Shown here piece after piece: positions 20,292 through 30,181 of a stretch of 64,000 nucleotides of DNA (within the stretch, counting starts at the first letter, position 1; every line of letters starts with the position of its first letter). The position numbers and the translations under genes were made by a program. The DNA is taken from positions 62,001 to 126,000 of the IMG/VR virus record IMGVR_UViG_3300025319_000005, one strand, 5' to 3'. The notes below the pieces were generated by a model that was given only the letters and a program-made list of their open reading frames with translations, searched no databases and was not told the DNA's origin.

Positions 20292-20561
20292 TTACAGATA
20301 TAATCCAATTTCTTTAATGTCCTTTTTCATTTGTTTTTCAAATGAAGTGCCCGAAACATCATATTGTTCAGACTCATCATTAAGAATTGCTACTACAATT
20401 GCTTTCGGAATAAGCATTGGATTGGAATTTGGACTCCAAGCATCAATGTCTATTGCTCCACAATTAAGAGCTTTATCAACTTTTTTCTTCGCTTGTTCAA
20501 AACTTTCTTTTAACATTTGAACTGCCAACTTTTTGATTTGAGATTTCTTTTTATTTGTCAT
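20292..20561 (-). CDS. hypothetical protein
   Basis: Stop in TGTAAC. Confidence 0.7.
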   Translation of the reverse strand: MTNKKKSQIKKLAVQMLKESFEQAKKKVDKALNCGAIDIDAWSPNSNPMLIPKAIVVAILNDESEQYDVSGTSFEKQMKKDIKEIGLYL

Positions 20562-20567
20562 GATTTT

Positions 20568-20924
20568 TTATTTAGTTTGATAAACAATTTGGTGTACTGT
20601 TCTAACTTTACCGCTTTCGAGGATTTTACTTGAACTTTCTTCTACGAAAAACACTTTGTTTTTGAACGCTTGTTTCATTAAGTTTGCTTTTTGTCTTGCT
20701 TTGCCGATTGGAACAATACCTTTTGTCCTATCACATTTATAAGTATCAATAGGTTCTCTTTGACCACTTACTTCGTTATTGTGAGTTGAAAATATTTTAT
20801 AATCTAAAGGAACAAGTATAAAATTTTCTTCTTCAACTACTTCAATGCTTTTTGTAATATTCAAATCACATATCACATCTAAGTTCAAACTATCTAAATC
20901 TCCAAATATGTCATCAATTTCCAT
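20568..20924 (-). CDS. hypothetical protein
   Basis: Motif upstream. Confidence 0.7.
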   Translation of the reverse strand: MEIDDIFGDLDSLNLDVICDLNITKSIEVVEEENFILVPLDYKIFSTHNNEVSGQREPIDTYKCDRTKGIVPIGKARQKANLMKQAFKNKVFFVEESSSKILESGKVRTVHQIVYQTK

Positions 20925-20975
20925 AGCTTTAAGTTGTTGGTTATAATGTACTATACCAAAAAAAATTGGATTGCG

Positions 20976-21212
20976 TTACATATCAGTTAAACATAAATGA
21001 GAATTTTTAGACAAAACGTCCTTATAAAACTCCTGCTTTTCAACAATTTCCTGTTCAACTGTTTTTTCAGCTTCCCATATATCTATTTTTTTTGTTTGAT
21101 AGTAAGAAAGTTTCCAACATTTGCGGATTCCTTTAATTGCTTCTTTTTTGTTATTAGCATTAATGCTATAACAATTTGCACTTTCTGATAAATAATACTT
21201 ATATCTTTTCAT
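20976..21212 (-). CDS. hypothetical protein filling exactly the space between two motifs
   Basis: ATG follows motif, TAA in next TGTAAC. Confidence 0.75.
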   Translation of the reverse strand: MKRYKYYLSESANCYSINANNKKEAIKGIRKCWKLSYYQTKKIDIWEAEKTVEQEIVEKQEFYKDVLSKNSHLCLTDM

Positions 21213-21336
21213 AATGTACTATACAAGAAAAAAACGAATTTCGTTACAACTTCGTTGGGTTACACCACAAATATCCGTGCATAAAAACTGGGACTCCAGC
21301 CGGCGTACATCTCTGGCGTAAAAATCCTAAATATTT

Positions 21337-21418
21337 GATATACGTAAAATCCAATTCAATTTCTGTCACGAATTAATTTATTTTTGTGACAGGATTTCAC
21401 TTTTATATTTCGTATATC
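21337..21418. repeat. Nested palindromic element copy 6
   Basis: Same architecture. Confidence 0.95.
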
Positions 21419-21603
21419 CTTATCCGGTAAAATCCTCTAGCTGGCCACCGCCTGGGGAATTTTTTTCAAGCTCTTACTTTGGGCATCAGGATTTTACACA
21501 AAACAAAAAGCCCCAACATTTCTGTTGAGGCCTTTGTCAATAAGTTCACTCCGTATTACTCCGCAGTGCCTATTCGAGGAAAATGGTGCGCCATATCCCT
21601 ATA

Positions 21604-21858
21604 TTAAAAAAACTTAATTTCTGATTTTGGAAAATTATATTTAATACCTTGAACAATAGTTAAGTGAATAACCGCATAATCTCCATTCATATACTCTATA
21701 AGCTGTCCTACTTTTATGGCTGGACAACCAATAGTATTAACACGAAATAAATCCCATCTGTTGTTTATTTGTCCGAAATTATCTTCTTGTGTAGTTGGTT
21801 TACTCGCACAATTAAATTCATTATTTTGTATTTTTACAACTTTTTTATCTGTGTTCAT
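21604..21858 (-). CDS. hypothetical protein
   Basis: Motif upstream. Confidence 0.7.
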   Translation of the reverse strand: MNTDKKVVKIQNNEFNCASKPTTQEDNFGQINNRWDLFRVNTIGCPAIKVGQLIEYMNGDYAVIHLTIVQGIKYNFPKSEIKFF

Positions 21859-21928
21859 GGCTTTGGGTTTTGTTATGTCGTACTATACAAAAGAAATTAA
21901 AACTACGTTACAACTCCGTTGAACTTTG

Positions 21929-22210
21929 TTACACATAAAACGCTTTAACACTCATATTAAAATATTTAATTTTTGATACAGGTTCAAACAAATCATTAAT
22001 GATTATTTTATCTACAATAGGAATAGATTTGATTTTCAGACTCGTACTTTCTCCATAGGCTTCGATTTCTACTTCTCTACGCATTATCTTTACATTTACA
22101 AACCCTGCTGAATACACTTTTTTAAAACCTTTAGCTACTTGTTTGTGAATTGTGTTTTCATTAAATAATATAGCACCGCTGTCAGTAATTATGTATTTGA
22201 ATATTGGCAT
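21929..22210 (-). CDS. phage hypothetical protein
   Basis: H...SAGF...YGESTSL pattern. Confidence 0.7.
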   Translation of the reverse strand: MPIFKYIITDSGAILFNENTIHKQVAKGFKKVYSAGFVNVKIMRREVEIEAYGESTSLKIKSIPIVDKIIINDLFEPVSKIKYFNMSVKAFYV

Positions 22211-22220
22211 AGATACACTC

Positions 22221-22415
22221 TTAATTCATTGAATATTTTATATGGGTTTCTGGATATAGATTTTTATCACCTAACCACACATACAAAACTATCCACGAAG
22301 GGAATTTCTTTAATTCATAATTTAAAATAGGTTGAAAGCATTTCAAATTAGCCCTCATGTCTAACCATTCATTTTCAATATAACCTCTGAATTTTATGTT
22401 TTTATTTTCCATCAC
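22221..22415 (-). CDS. hypothetical protein
   Basis: Motif upstream. Confidence 0.65.
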   Translation of the reverse strand: MMENKNIKFRGYIENEWLDMRANLKCFQPILNYELKKFPSWIVLYVWLGDKNLYPETHIKYSMN

Positions 22416-22461
22416 TTAAATGTTGGTTGTAATGTACTATACGAAAAAGAATAGAGCTATG

Positions 22462-22647
22462 TTACAACTCATCATCTTTAGATTTGTGTTTTGTTTTTCT
22501 ACTATGTTTAGTTCCGCTACACATATAACAGCTACAAGGCTTACCCTGCTCTTTATATTCATAGTGTTCTTTAGGATTTAAGCCTAATTCGTTACACCTC
22601 TTCTTCTGTTTTAGTTTAGATATCTCTTGTCGTCTTGCCTTATTCAT
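22462..22647 (-). CDS. small basic Cys-cluster protein
   Basis: PCSCYMC; stop in TGTAAC; start reassigned. Confidence 0.65.
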   Translation of the reverse strand: MNKARRQEISKLKQKKRCNELGLNPKEHYEYKEQGKPCSCYMCSGTKHSRKTKHKSKDDEL

Positions 22648-22795
22648 TATCGTTTTTAGATTTTTTACGGTTGTACTTTGTTTTGTCTTTAAAAGTTTTA
22701 GGCATAAACCTACCATCGTATGCACCAGCTTCTTTCATAGCTTCACGCTTACGTTCTAATATTAAGGATTTTACGGTACGTTTTTTCTTTGCCAT
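22640..22795 (-). CDS. small basic protein
   Basis: GAYDGRF...KDKTKYNRK; start reassigned. Confidence 0.6.
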   Translation of the reverse strand: MAKKKRTVKSLILERKREAMKEAGAYDGRFMPKTFKDKTKYNRKKSKNDNE

Positions 22796-22805
22796 TATGA
22801 TTTGA

Positions 22806-23042
22806 TTAATTTGCACAAAGTTTATCTTGGTCTTTAACACTTATTTTTATTCCAGTACTCAACATTTGCTTATAAGAGTTAATAATATCTCTTTGATTTT
22901 CTATCGTTTGTCTTTGAAATTCTGATGAACTTTCTTTAAGGTAGTACGCTTTTCTCCAATTAATAACATTTTTAATCAAACGAACAATAAGAAGCATTGC
23001 CATTCCTAATAAAATTGCGAGTATCATTGTGGTTGTTGTCAT
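22806..23042 (-). CDS. single-pass membrane protein
   Basis: Hydrophobic N-terminus; motif upstream. Confidence 0.7.
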   Translation of the reverse strand: MTTTTMILAILLGMAMLLIVRLIKNVINWRKAYYLKESSSEFQRQTIENQRDIINSYKQMLSTGIKISVKDQDKLCAN

Positions 23043-23173
23043 AGTTTTAAATTATTGGTTATTGTACTATACAAATATAAATAGTATTACGTTACGAAAA
23101 ATCAGAATAACATGGCGGATGTTTCTGGAGAAGCCCGTCGCCGGCGAGTTCTGGAGCTATTTTTGATTTATTA

Positions 23174-23255
23174 GATATACGTTTAATCAAAGCCAATTTG
23201 TGTCACGAAAAGAATTTAATTAGTGACAGGATTTCGGGTTTAAATTTCGTATATC
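23174..23255. repeat. Nested palindromic element copy 7
   Basis: Same architecture; alternative left arm, reversed central spacer. Confidence 0.95.
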
Positions 23256-23424
23256 TAAATTAAAAGAAAAATCCTGTTCTGGAGCCTCCTGGCCGGATTT
23301 CCTTCAGCTTCAGTTTCTTGCGGTGAATGGGTTAGTTTAACTCCGCAAAAGTGCGTCGAACAGAAAACAAAAAACCCCCGCATTTCTGCAAAGGGCTTTC
23401 TGAACCAACCAATAAATTAAAAAG

Positions 23425-23497
23425 TGGAAAGGGTAGGAATTGAACCCACGACACGAGTGCTTTCGACACCCTGCTCTACCAACTGAGCTACCTCACC
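23425..23497 (-). tRNA. tRNA-Phe(GAA), non-canonical C33
   Basis: GGTGAGG TA GCTC AGTTGGTA GAGC A GGGTG TCGAAAG CACTC GTGTC GTGGG TTCAATT CCTAC CCTTTCC A. Confidence 0.85.
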
Positions 23498-23664
23498 ATA
23501 GTTTCGTTCTTCCTGATGTTAGGCATTTATACTCAAGCATCTTCCCCGAACGACAAAGGCTTGAGATTTTCTTTAATGGCGCATGATTTCTAAGTTTTAG
23601 TGAGTCGTTATCTCGTTAATAATGTTGCTTTAGAATGTACTATACGAATTTTAATTCTTTGGTG

Positions 23665-23901
23665 TTACAATTTTATTTCTTTTTCAGTTCCGCAAATAGC
23701 ACAGGTGCTTCTTTTTGGATCAGAAATAGTTGGAGTTTCAGCATCGCATAGAATACATTTATGATAAGCCAATTTAACTTTATTAGCATAATCATAAACT
23801 GCTGTTGCTCCAGTTGCAGTATATAACTTTTCACATATCTCTCTTGTTACATTAGCTAAACTCTCTCTAAGAAATTTCGGTTTTTGTGGTTTCCTTGCCA
23901 T
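23665..23901 (-). CDS. Zn-ribbon protein
   Basis: CILC...CAICG; stop in TGTAAC. Confidence 0.7.
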   Translation of the reverse strand: MARKPQKPKFLRESLANVTREICEKLYTATGATAVYDYANKVKLAYHKCILCDAETPTISDPKRSTCAICGTEKEIKL

Positions 23902-24059
23902 AGCGTTATAATTTGTTTTTAATCAGCCTACCACTTGTTGTCTTTAGTGCCTCGACATCTTTTGACCAATTTTATTGGCTCGATTTCTCTGCTGATAATG
24001 TACTATACAAAATTAAATCGGATTGCGTTACAAAAAGAATATAATAGGGAGAGTTTATT

Positions 24060-24881
24060 TTAGATAAGTGTTTTAAGATACAAAACAAAAGCGTTCATAT
24101 CTACCTCATTTGCGTTTTCAAATTTATCATTTATTGAATGGCAAAGACTCCATGTATAACAAAAACCTCTTGTTATTACATTGTTCATACACACATCATT
24201 TAAAGAACCAATACAAATGCTTGGAAGTCCATTTTTTTCAAAAGTATTTGAATCACTTGGCGGTATTCTAACCCTACGGATTTCGGGCTTATCAATCATA
24301 TTTGACATTCTATAACCCATCCAATAATTTTGCCCATTTGCCGTGAGTTCTAACACAAATATTTTATTCACATTTCCATATTTGTTTTCTAATATTTGTT
24401 TAGCTATTTTTGTTGCACCCGATGTTGTTAAACTCACTCTTTCTTCCGAATCGTTAAAACATATTACTACATTGTTTGCTGGTTTTTCTTTTGATAATTG
24501 AATACATAAATCCAAGAGATTACATACACTCGCACTGTTATCTTGACATGATTCACTATTTATATTTGCAACGTCATGGTGTGCCGTAAATATAGTAGTT
24601 ATTTCTTTATTATGTCCTTCAATCTCAACTACAATATTAACTTCGGCAGGCAATCCTTCAACAAAGTCAGGAACGTCCAAAATCGGTTGATACATACTAA
24701 CAATAAATTTTATATCATTAATTTCAAGTTGGTGCATAATATACTGCACTCTATTTGTAATTGGGTTTAAGTTATTTGTGAAAGCATTAAAGTCTGCATT
24801 GAACGCACATAACTCACGGAGCATTTCATACCCATTCTTAATTTTTATCGGCTTTTCTATTTTCTCTGTATCTGTGTCCAT
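24060..24881 (-). CDS. M28-family Zn metallopeptidase-like protein
   Basis: TAHHD, QDNSASV, DSEE, SDS and late CHS-x-x-D motifs. Confidence 0.85.
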   Translation of the reverse strand: MDTDTEKIEKPIKIKNGYEMLRELCAFNADFNAFTNNLNPITNRVQYIMHQLEINDIKFIVSMYQPILDVPDFVEGLPAEVNIVVEIEGHNKEITTIFTAHHDVANINSESCQDNSASVCNLLDLCIQLSKEKPANNVVICFNDSEERVSLTTSGATKIAKQILENKYGNVNKIFVLELTANGQNYWMGYRMSNMIDKPEIRRVRIPPSDSNTFEKNGLPSICIGSLNDVCMNNVITRGFCYTWSLCHSINDKFENANEVDMNAFVLYLKTLI

Positions 24882-25011
24882 AATGTACTATACGAAATAT
24901 AATTTATATTTGTTACAAAGTTAATATTAAATAATTGCAAATGAAACAGTTAAAACAAAACGAGAACTACTGGAGAAGCTCCGTCGAGCTGGTTCTAAAT
25001 TATTTATTCGA

Positions 25012-25093
25012 GATATACGTAAAATCCAACTCAATTTGTGTCACGAATTAAATTATTTTCGTGACAGGATTTCGCTTTTATATTTCGTATATC
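25012..25093. repeat. Nested palindromic element copy 8
   Basis: Same architecture. Confidence 0.95.
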
Positions 25094-25257
25094 CTTATCT
25101 GGTAAAAATCCACGAGCTGGACGCCTGGCCAGGAATTTCCTTCAGCTCCTCCGGGGTAAACTATATTTTGGCACCAGTTTCAATCTGCTGTCGAATTATA
25201 GAAAACAAAAAACCCCTGCATTTCTGCAAGGGCTTCTCGTACCAACCAACCAATAAT

Positions 25258-25488
25258 TTACATTTTCGCCTTCTCAATGGCTTTTACAATATCTTTTATT
25301 CCAATGTTTTGAGTTTTGCTTGCATATAAATAACTTTGAATGTATGCTTCCGAGTAACCTGTTTTTACCATTGCTTTAGCTTTTAATTCTAAAGGTGGTA
25401 TTTCATACATTTGGGCACGTTGCTTATCTCTTAAAATTTGCAAGTTGCGTTCAGCTTCTTTGATTTCACTTTTTAATGGATTTTTCAT
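25258..25488 (-). CDS. hypothetical protein
   Basis: ORF track. Confidence 0.65.
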   Translation of the reverse strand: MKNPLKSEIKEAERNLQILRDKQRAQMYEIPPLELKAKAMVKTGYSEAYIQSYLYASKTQNIGIKDIVKAIEKAKM

Positions 25489-25757
25489 AGTTACATTTGT
25501 TTTTCAGTACTTACAATAACGGAATTTCCATCTTCTTTACAAAGTAGTGTTCCTTCAATTTGAACATTAACACAACCTTTTTCAGATAGTTGTTCTAATT
25601 CAAAAATTAGTTTGTTTATGTTTATCGTTTCCATTGTGTTTAATTGTTGGTTATAATGTACTATACCAAAAATAAAATTACTGCGTTACAATAATATATC
25701 CCGTGCATAAAACTGGGACTCCAGCCGGCGAGCTCTGGTGTAAAATCCTAAATTTAT

Positions 25758-25839
25758 AATATACACTTAATCAAACTCAATTTGTGTCACAAAATAAATT
25801 CTTTTCGTGACAAACTATCACTTTTAGTTTGCGTATATC
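25758..25839. repeat. Nested palindromic element copy 9
   Basis: Same architecture, AATATACA variant. Confidence 0.9.
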
Positions 25840-26009
25840 TCCCTAAGGTAAAATACACCACCGGCCAGCCTGCTGAGCCCAGGAATTTTTCAGGAATAGG
25901 CATCAGGATTTCATTTTGGCTTTAAGTGGGTCAAAAACATGAGTTATGGCCAAAAACAAAAAACCCCTGCATTTCTGCAAGGGCTTTCTGAACCGAACCA
26001 ACCAATGTA

Positions 26010-26369
26010 TTATATTTCTCTTCGTATTTCTCTGCGTGATTCTAATATTTTTGAATTGGGATACCAAAAACTTTGCTTGTGTATTTGAGAGTACCCTTTC
26101 TCCCCCGTGAAATAATCAACCCAAAATGCGAACAGTTCTATTTCGCCATTCTTGTCCTCTGTCAGCAACAATGTCCTTGATAACTCTTTTAACTGTGCAA
26201 ATCTTTTCATTGCCCAATCTCCATAACTGAATCGGTCTTTCCAAAAATGATATGCGACCTCTCTCCCTCATTGTTCATCAACAGCACGATGTAGGATTTT
26301 ACGTTCATTTTCCTCATTTTTGAAAACATAGGGAAAGTTAGCTAATATGTAGGGAGTGCTTAGTATCAT
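26010..26369 (-). pseudogene. hypothetical gene interrupted by one in-frame TGA (26268-26270)
   Basis: MILSTPY...DEQ*GREVAYHFW...MKRFAQ in one frame. Confidence 0.5.
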
Positions 26370-26519
26370 TATATTTTTTGAGATTTCGGGTGTTTTATTT
26401 TTTTGTTTTTCAACAAAGTCTGATAAGCCTTACCATACTTATCGTTTGAATACTTACCACGACTAACTTTTTCTTTTTCTGCTTTCATAATGTACTATAC
26501 AAGTTTTAATTCTTCTGCG

Positions 26520-27104
26520 TTACATTTGTAAAACACTTCTAATTTCAGCTTCTTTTGTTTTTGGAAAAATCCAACCTGCACCACAAGTTAAACGAAAATT
26601 GAAACGACCGCCCAATGCTTTTAAAGTATCTTTGATAGGTTTAGTATCTCCAATTATTGCAATTGCCTTTTCTGAATAATCAACTACTTTAATTTTACCA
26701 TCATTTTCAATTGGTTCAACTTTTACATTTGTTGGTTTTTTCGGTAACTCTGTTTTAGGAATGTATTTAAAAGGTTTATCCCATTCTCCAATACTTAAAC
26801 TTGTGTAAAACTTTGGAATAGCACCATAATCTCCATCAATAGAAACTATTTCATTGTTTCCTTCCATTATATCAACAATCTTTTGCAATGCTTCTGCTAC
26901 TTCAGTATTGTCTTTATAGTGGTCTTTGATGTAGTAATGATTAACCCCTTCATAATCTTTTTCTGTCAGCTTAATATCAGTTTCCAAAATAACAACGTTA
27001 ATACTCGAATAGTGTCGTCTTGTAATACTGAATTTCCAATTAGGAAATGCTAATTTAATTGCTTTCCTTTTTTCTGCGATTTGTTCCGTTGAAATATATG
27101 GCAT
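26520..27104 (-). CDS. LPD29-like domain protein with C-terminal DYSEKA...GGRFN...GWIF domain
   Basis: AFPNWKFSI..YSSINV N-terminus resembles polyvalent-protein-associated domain; recalled, not searched. Confidence 0.55.
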   Translation of the reverse strand: MPYISTEQIAEKRKAIKLAFPNWKFSITRRHYSSINVVILETDIKLTEKDYEGVNHYYIKDHYKDNTEVAEALQKIVDIMEGNNEIVSIDGDYGAIPKFYTSLSIGEWDKPFKYIPKTELPKKPTNVKVEPIENDGKIKVVDYSEKAIAIIGDTKPIKDTLKALGGRFNFRLTCGAGWIFPKTKEAEIRSVLQM

Positions 27105-27248
27105 AACGATTGGTTTATTTGGTTAATGTACTATACGATATTAAATCATATCGCGTTACAACTTCGTTGACTATACCACAAATATTCTATGCAGGAAAAC
27201 TGGGACTCCAGCCGGCGTGAGGCTCTGGCGTAAAATCCTGAAGTATTT

Positions 27249-27331
27249 GATATACGATTAATCAAAGTCAATTTGTGTCACAAATTTAAATTCTTTTTGT
27301 GACAGGAAATCAATTGGATTTTACGTATATC
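27249..27331. repeat. Nested palindromic element copy 10
   Basis: Right arm is reverse complement of the usual left arm. Confidence 0.95.
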
Positions 27332-27554
27332 TTTTCAAAGTAAAATCCACCGCCGGCCAGCCGCTGAGCCCAGGGATTTTTCCTCCGGGGGAGAGAATCC
27401 CAAAAACAAAAACCCTCACATTTCTGCGAGGGCTTTCCAAACCAACCAATTGGTATAGGGCAATACATTACTGCAAGACTACAAACCCCTATCTTTGAGT
27501 GAAAACATCTACACGTAGCTATGCAAATTCATGTTTTCATACTATCTTAAATAT

Positions 27555-27737
27555 CTATTTGTGCTTTTTCTTTTCACGCTGTTCTTTTTCATACTTTTGA
27601 ACTCTTATTTTTTCTTCACGAGTTAGCGGAATTTTACCTGCCGTTTGTTTATATAATAAATCACTCAAGTAAGGAAAATCAGCTTGTCTTTGCAGTTTAC
27701 TTTTGCCGTCATGTATTCTATAACTGTATTCTCTCAT
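27555..27737 (-). CDS. hypothetical protein
   Basis: Operon. Confidence 0.6.
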   Translation of the reverse strand: MREYSYRIHDGKSKLQRQADFPYLSDLLYKQTAGKIPLTREEKIRVQKYEKEQREKKKHK

Positions 27738-27741
27738 TATT

Positions 27742-27945
27742 TTAAATTTTATTTATTAAATCAAAAATGTGAACTAAATTTCCTTTGTGCTTTCCACTTA
27801 CGATTTCATAAAACGCATCGTTGTACCTTTTAGCTTTTTCGGTTAGGATTTTACCCTCACTCCAAAATTTGATTTCTTTTGCTTCTGCTAATGTCTGAAT
27901 TTCAGATTTCACATAAGGATTTTTACCGCAGTGGATACAACTCAT
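27742..27945 (-). CDS. hypothetical protein
   Basis: Motif upstream. Confidence 0.65.
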   Translation of the reverse strand: MSCIHCGKNPYVKSEIQTLAEAKEIKFWSEGKILTEKAKRYNDAFYEIVSGKHKGNLVHIFDLINKI

Positions 27946-28333
27946 AGTTTTAAATTTAATTGGTTATATTGTACTATACAAGTTTTAATCCTCTTGCGTT
28001 ACAGATTTATGCTCTTTATATCTTTTATTTGCTTCTAATACCTCAATAATAGTTTCTTCTACATCAGCGTAAGTGAGTTTTGTTATTTTAGCGTAAAATT
28101 CAAAAGGTGTCCGTAAGTAAGCCAATGCAGTTACCAATCTCGTAGCCGAACCGAAGCAACCAATATTTATGTGTTACAAATTCGCTTTCTGATAGGATTT
28201 TACTTCAAAGTCAGTAGCAACACGAATGTCATCATCGTCATTTATTAAATGTGATATCGAACCGTATTGACAAATAACACCTTGCCAAACTATAATGGCG
28301 AACGAATAAAAAGAGTTTTTGTTGTTCATAGTT

Positions 28334-28567
28334 TTAATTTTTAGAATCAATGTAAATTACTATTGCCATATAAGGAATAAGTATTCCAAACATTAAGTAC
28401 CAATTCGGCTTAGATAAAATTCCAATCAACATAGGAATGAAATAATAAATAGCAAGTCTGAATATCGTTTTTAATACCATAATATGTGATAGATTGGGAT
28501 ACCATAATCGTATCCGATTATTATTATAATTTTTTTTCATGTTTTTGATTGTTTTAGTTATTACCAA
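28334..28567 (-). CDS. small membrane protein
   Basis: Two hydrophobic segments; start uncertain. Confidence 0.55.
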   Translation of the reverse strand: MVITKTIKNMKKNYNNNRIRLWYPNLSHIMVLKTIFRLAIYYFIPMLIGILSKPNWYLMFGILIPYMAIVIYIDSKN

Positions 28568-28798
28568 TACTTTACTACAAAATGCGTTATAACATAAGTG
28601 ACTGAAATAATACCAAGTAATCCAATTGCCATAACAATAACTATTGGTAAATATATTTGGATTTTACAGACAATTCTCACTATTCTCATTTGAATGTTTG
28701 TAAGTTTCTTTCCTGATTTGTAATTAAATAAATTCATGGAGTTGGTTGTTGGTTACAATGTACTATACGAAATATTAAATTCCTATGTTACAACTATT

Positions 28799-29149
28799 CT
28801 ATTTTGCAGTACCTTCATATTCATAAATTCTTGTTTCTCCTTCTATCTTCACAAGTCGAAATATACAAATAGCAGAGTCAAAATTTTCTTTTTCGCAGTC
28901 AATCATTACACAAGCATTGGTATTATCCCCATCTTTTTCAACGTGAGTTATAACACCCTTTCTTCCTTGTGTTGATTGTGGCTGTTCCCTTTTATCATTC
29001 AAATCTAAGAAACTATTTGCGACAAACAAATCATTACAAATTTCAATTGCTGTTTTATAATTTTTGCCAATTGGAGTAGTTAGTCCAAATTGTTCTTTAA
29101 CTACTTTCCAATTGCTGATTTTTGGTCTTACTGATGTTATTGATTGCAT
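28799..29149 (-). CDS. hypothetical protein
   Basis: Motif upstream. Confidence 0.7.
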   Translation of the reverse strand: MQSITSVRPKISNWKVVKEQFGLTTPIGKNYKTAIEICNDLFVANSFLDLNDKREQPQSTQGRKGVITHVEKDGDNTNACVMIDCEKENFDSAICIFRLVKIEGETRIYEYEGTAK

Positions 29150-29269
29150 ATCTTTATAGTTGTTGGTTATTGTACTATACGAAAAAGAATTGAATCATGT
29201 TACAAGGGAGAACACACCGTGCGAGAAAACTGGAGTACCAGATCGCCGAGGGTGAGCCTGAGAATTTAA

Positions 29270-29351
29270 GATATACGCTTAATCAATACCAATTTGTGTC
29301 ACTAATTAAATTATTTTCGTGACAGGATTTTAGGTTTAAATTTCGTATATT
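29270..29351. repeat. Nested palindromic element copy 11
   Basis: Same architecture. Confidence 0.9.
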
Positions 29352-29475
29352 AATATGCGATGCACTCCGGGGAGAGTCGCCTCTGAGGTGGAGCTATTTT
29401 TTTCGGATTTGTAGAAAACAAAAAAGGCAACCCGATTTTCGGATTGCCTTTTGTTTTGCATAAGGGAGAGAGTGA

Positions 29476-30063
29476 TTAATCGCGGTATTCAATTTCGATC
29501 ACAATTTCTTCTCTATCCTCGCCATCAATGTTTATTACTTGTTTGTTCACTTTTACCGTTCCTGCTAAGTTCTTCAATAAAAACGAACGAAACTGTGAAG
29601 ATTTTAAGGATTTTTCAATTACCTTTTTTGCAATGGTCTTTGCTCTTGACTTAACAACTTTGTAAGTACACGCTTCCAACACTTCTTTTTTCTCACTTTT
29701 AGCGAACAAGTAAAGTTCTTCTGTATTCATGTTGTATTTCACACTTCCGTTGTCCTCATTTAAAACAACATAAGCATTAGTTTGACCTAAAGAACGATTT
29801 TCGTCAGGTTTAATAAGTGATTGCTTTTTTTCAGCCATAGCCAAATCCCAATCAATTTTTGTGTATTTTTCAGATGCAACATAAGGAATACCATCGGCAA
29901 TCAACTCCAAATCTGATTTTTTGGCATTTTCAATTTTTGCACCAACATTCAACAGTCGTCTGCTCAATTCGCCCTCTTTGCTACGATATTTTAGTGAAAC
30001 AAATCCACAGCCTCTGTATTTCATGAAGGCATCTAACAATTCATTAAAAATTCCATTTTCCAT
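29476..30063 (-). CDS. hypothetical protein, first gene of leftward array
   Basis: Own promoter and terminator, between palindrome copies 11 and 12. Confidence 0.8.
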   Translation of the reverse strand: MENGIFNELLDAFMKYRGCGFVSLKYRSKEGELSRRLLNVGAKIENAKKSDLELIADGIPYVASEKYTKIDWDLAMAEKKQSLIKPDENRSLGQTNAYVVLNEDNGSVKYNMNTEELYLFAKSEKKEVLEACTYKVVKSRAKTIAKKVIEKSLKSSQFRSFLLKNLAGTVKVNKQVINIDGEDREEIVIEIEYRD

Positions 30064-30181
30064 GTTTTCTAAGTTTAGTTGGTTTCTATATTGTACTATA
30101 CGAAAAAAAATATATCCATGTTACAAAACTGAAAAAGTTTTTATCGACCGAAAAATCCTGGAAATCTGTGCTTTTCTTTAT

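Larger units (their letters stand above)
437..30125 (-). promoter_or_regulatory. ~47 dispersed copies of promoter-like motif TGTAAC-N17-(T/C/G)GTATAGT(A/G)CATT
   Basis: Reads aatgtactatac-N18-gttaca on + strand, e.g. 1136-1171, 1576-1611, 2524-2559, 4768-4803, 11126-11161, 20945-20980, 27125-27160, 30090-30125; constant spacing; always just upstream of a minus-strand ORF or tRNA. Confidence 0.9.

Noticed and set aside
23500-23575. Hammerhead ribozyme upstream of the tRNA
   Set aside because: A CTCAAGC/GCTTGAG stem and possible pseudoknot exist, but CTGANGA and GAAA cores are not both on one strand
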